In this document: positions 63,843 to 64,000 of the stretch, in pieces
Layout: the number at the start of each line of letters is the position of its first letter
How positions within the stretch are numbered: position 1 is the first letter of the stretch
Assembly (NCBI RefSeq): GCF_004010195.1
Contig: NC_057718.1
Location: 82,727,122 to 82,791,121 of the forward strand
Reading direction: 5' to 3'
Source of the DNA: Chiloscyllium plagiosum
Taxonomy: Eukaryota
DNA: 64,000 nucleotides
The notes under the pieces: generated by a model
Databases searched by the model: none
What the model was told of the DNA's origin: nothing
What the model saw: only the letters and a program-made list of their open reading frames with translations
Translations under genes and position numbers: made by a program

Positions 63843-64000
63843 TTTAACAGCAGGAGCACACTGACTGTAGCACCAGTCAGCACAGAGTCAGTCCCCTGAA
63901 CTGAGGAGATTCTAAATCTCCTGGTTATTTTTTTACCCCCACACTGTCGCCTAACAGCATTAGTGTTTTATCTTCCCCAGCATCCACATTGTTTTTTCTC
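63843..64000 (-). mobile_element. 3' tail of another Tx1-like copy followed by the LTR target motif
   Basis: 63935-63990 resembles the 3' UTR at 60727-60785. On the minus strand the poly(A) is followed by TAACCAGGAGATTTAGAATCTCCTCAGTTCAGGGGACTGACTC. Confidence 0.8.

Overview
Repeat-dense vertebrate genomic DNA, almost certainly a shark or other elasmobranch (HE1-type V-SINEs, HER1-type CR1 LINEs, Deu-domain SINEs). There are four assembly gaps and no confidently identifiable host gene. Positions 1-5160 are a 25-bp satellite with higher-order structure. The rest is a nested mosaic of CR1, L2, RTE, Tx1-like, Penelope, Gypsy and Harbinger relics. Main observation: a decayed full-length Gypsy element (35147-44387, inserted in a HE1 SINE) whose short LTR has been hit repeatedly at one site, the TATA box plus an AGGAGATT-AG-AATCTCCT hairpin. 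The inserts are poly(A)-tailed and include Tx1-like LINE sequence, and they inflate the 5' LTR to about 3.7 kb. The same junction recurs independently near 63900, suggesting a target-specific LINE that parasitises an LTR promoter. Also present are four distinct Penelope terminal-repeat families, each with a minimal hammerhead ribozyme core. All family assignments come from motif recognition by eye, not database searches, and the boundaries of old elements are approximate.
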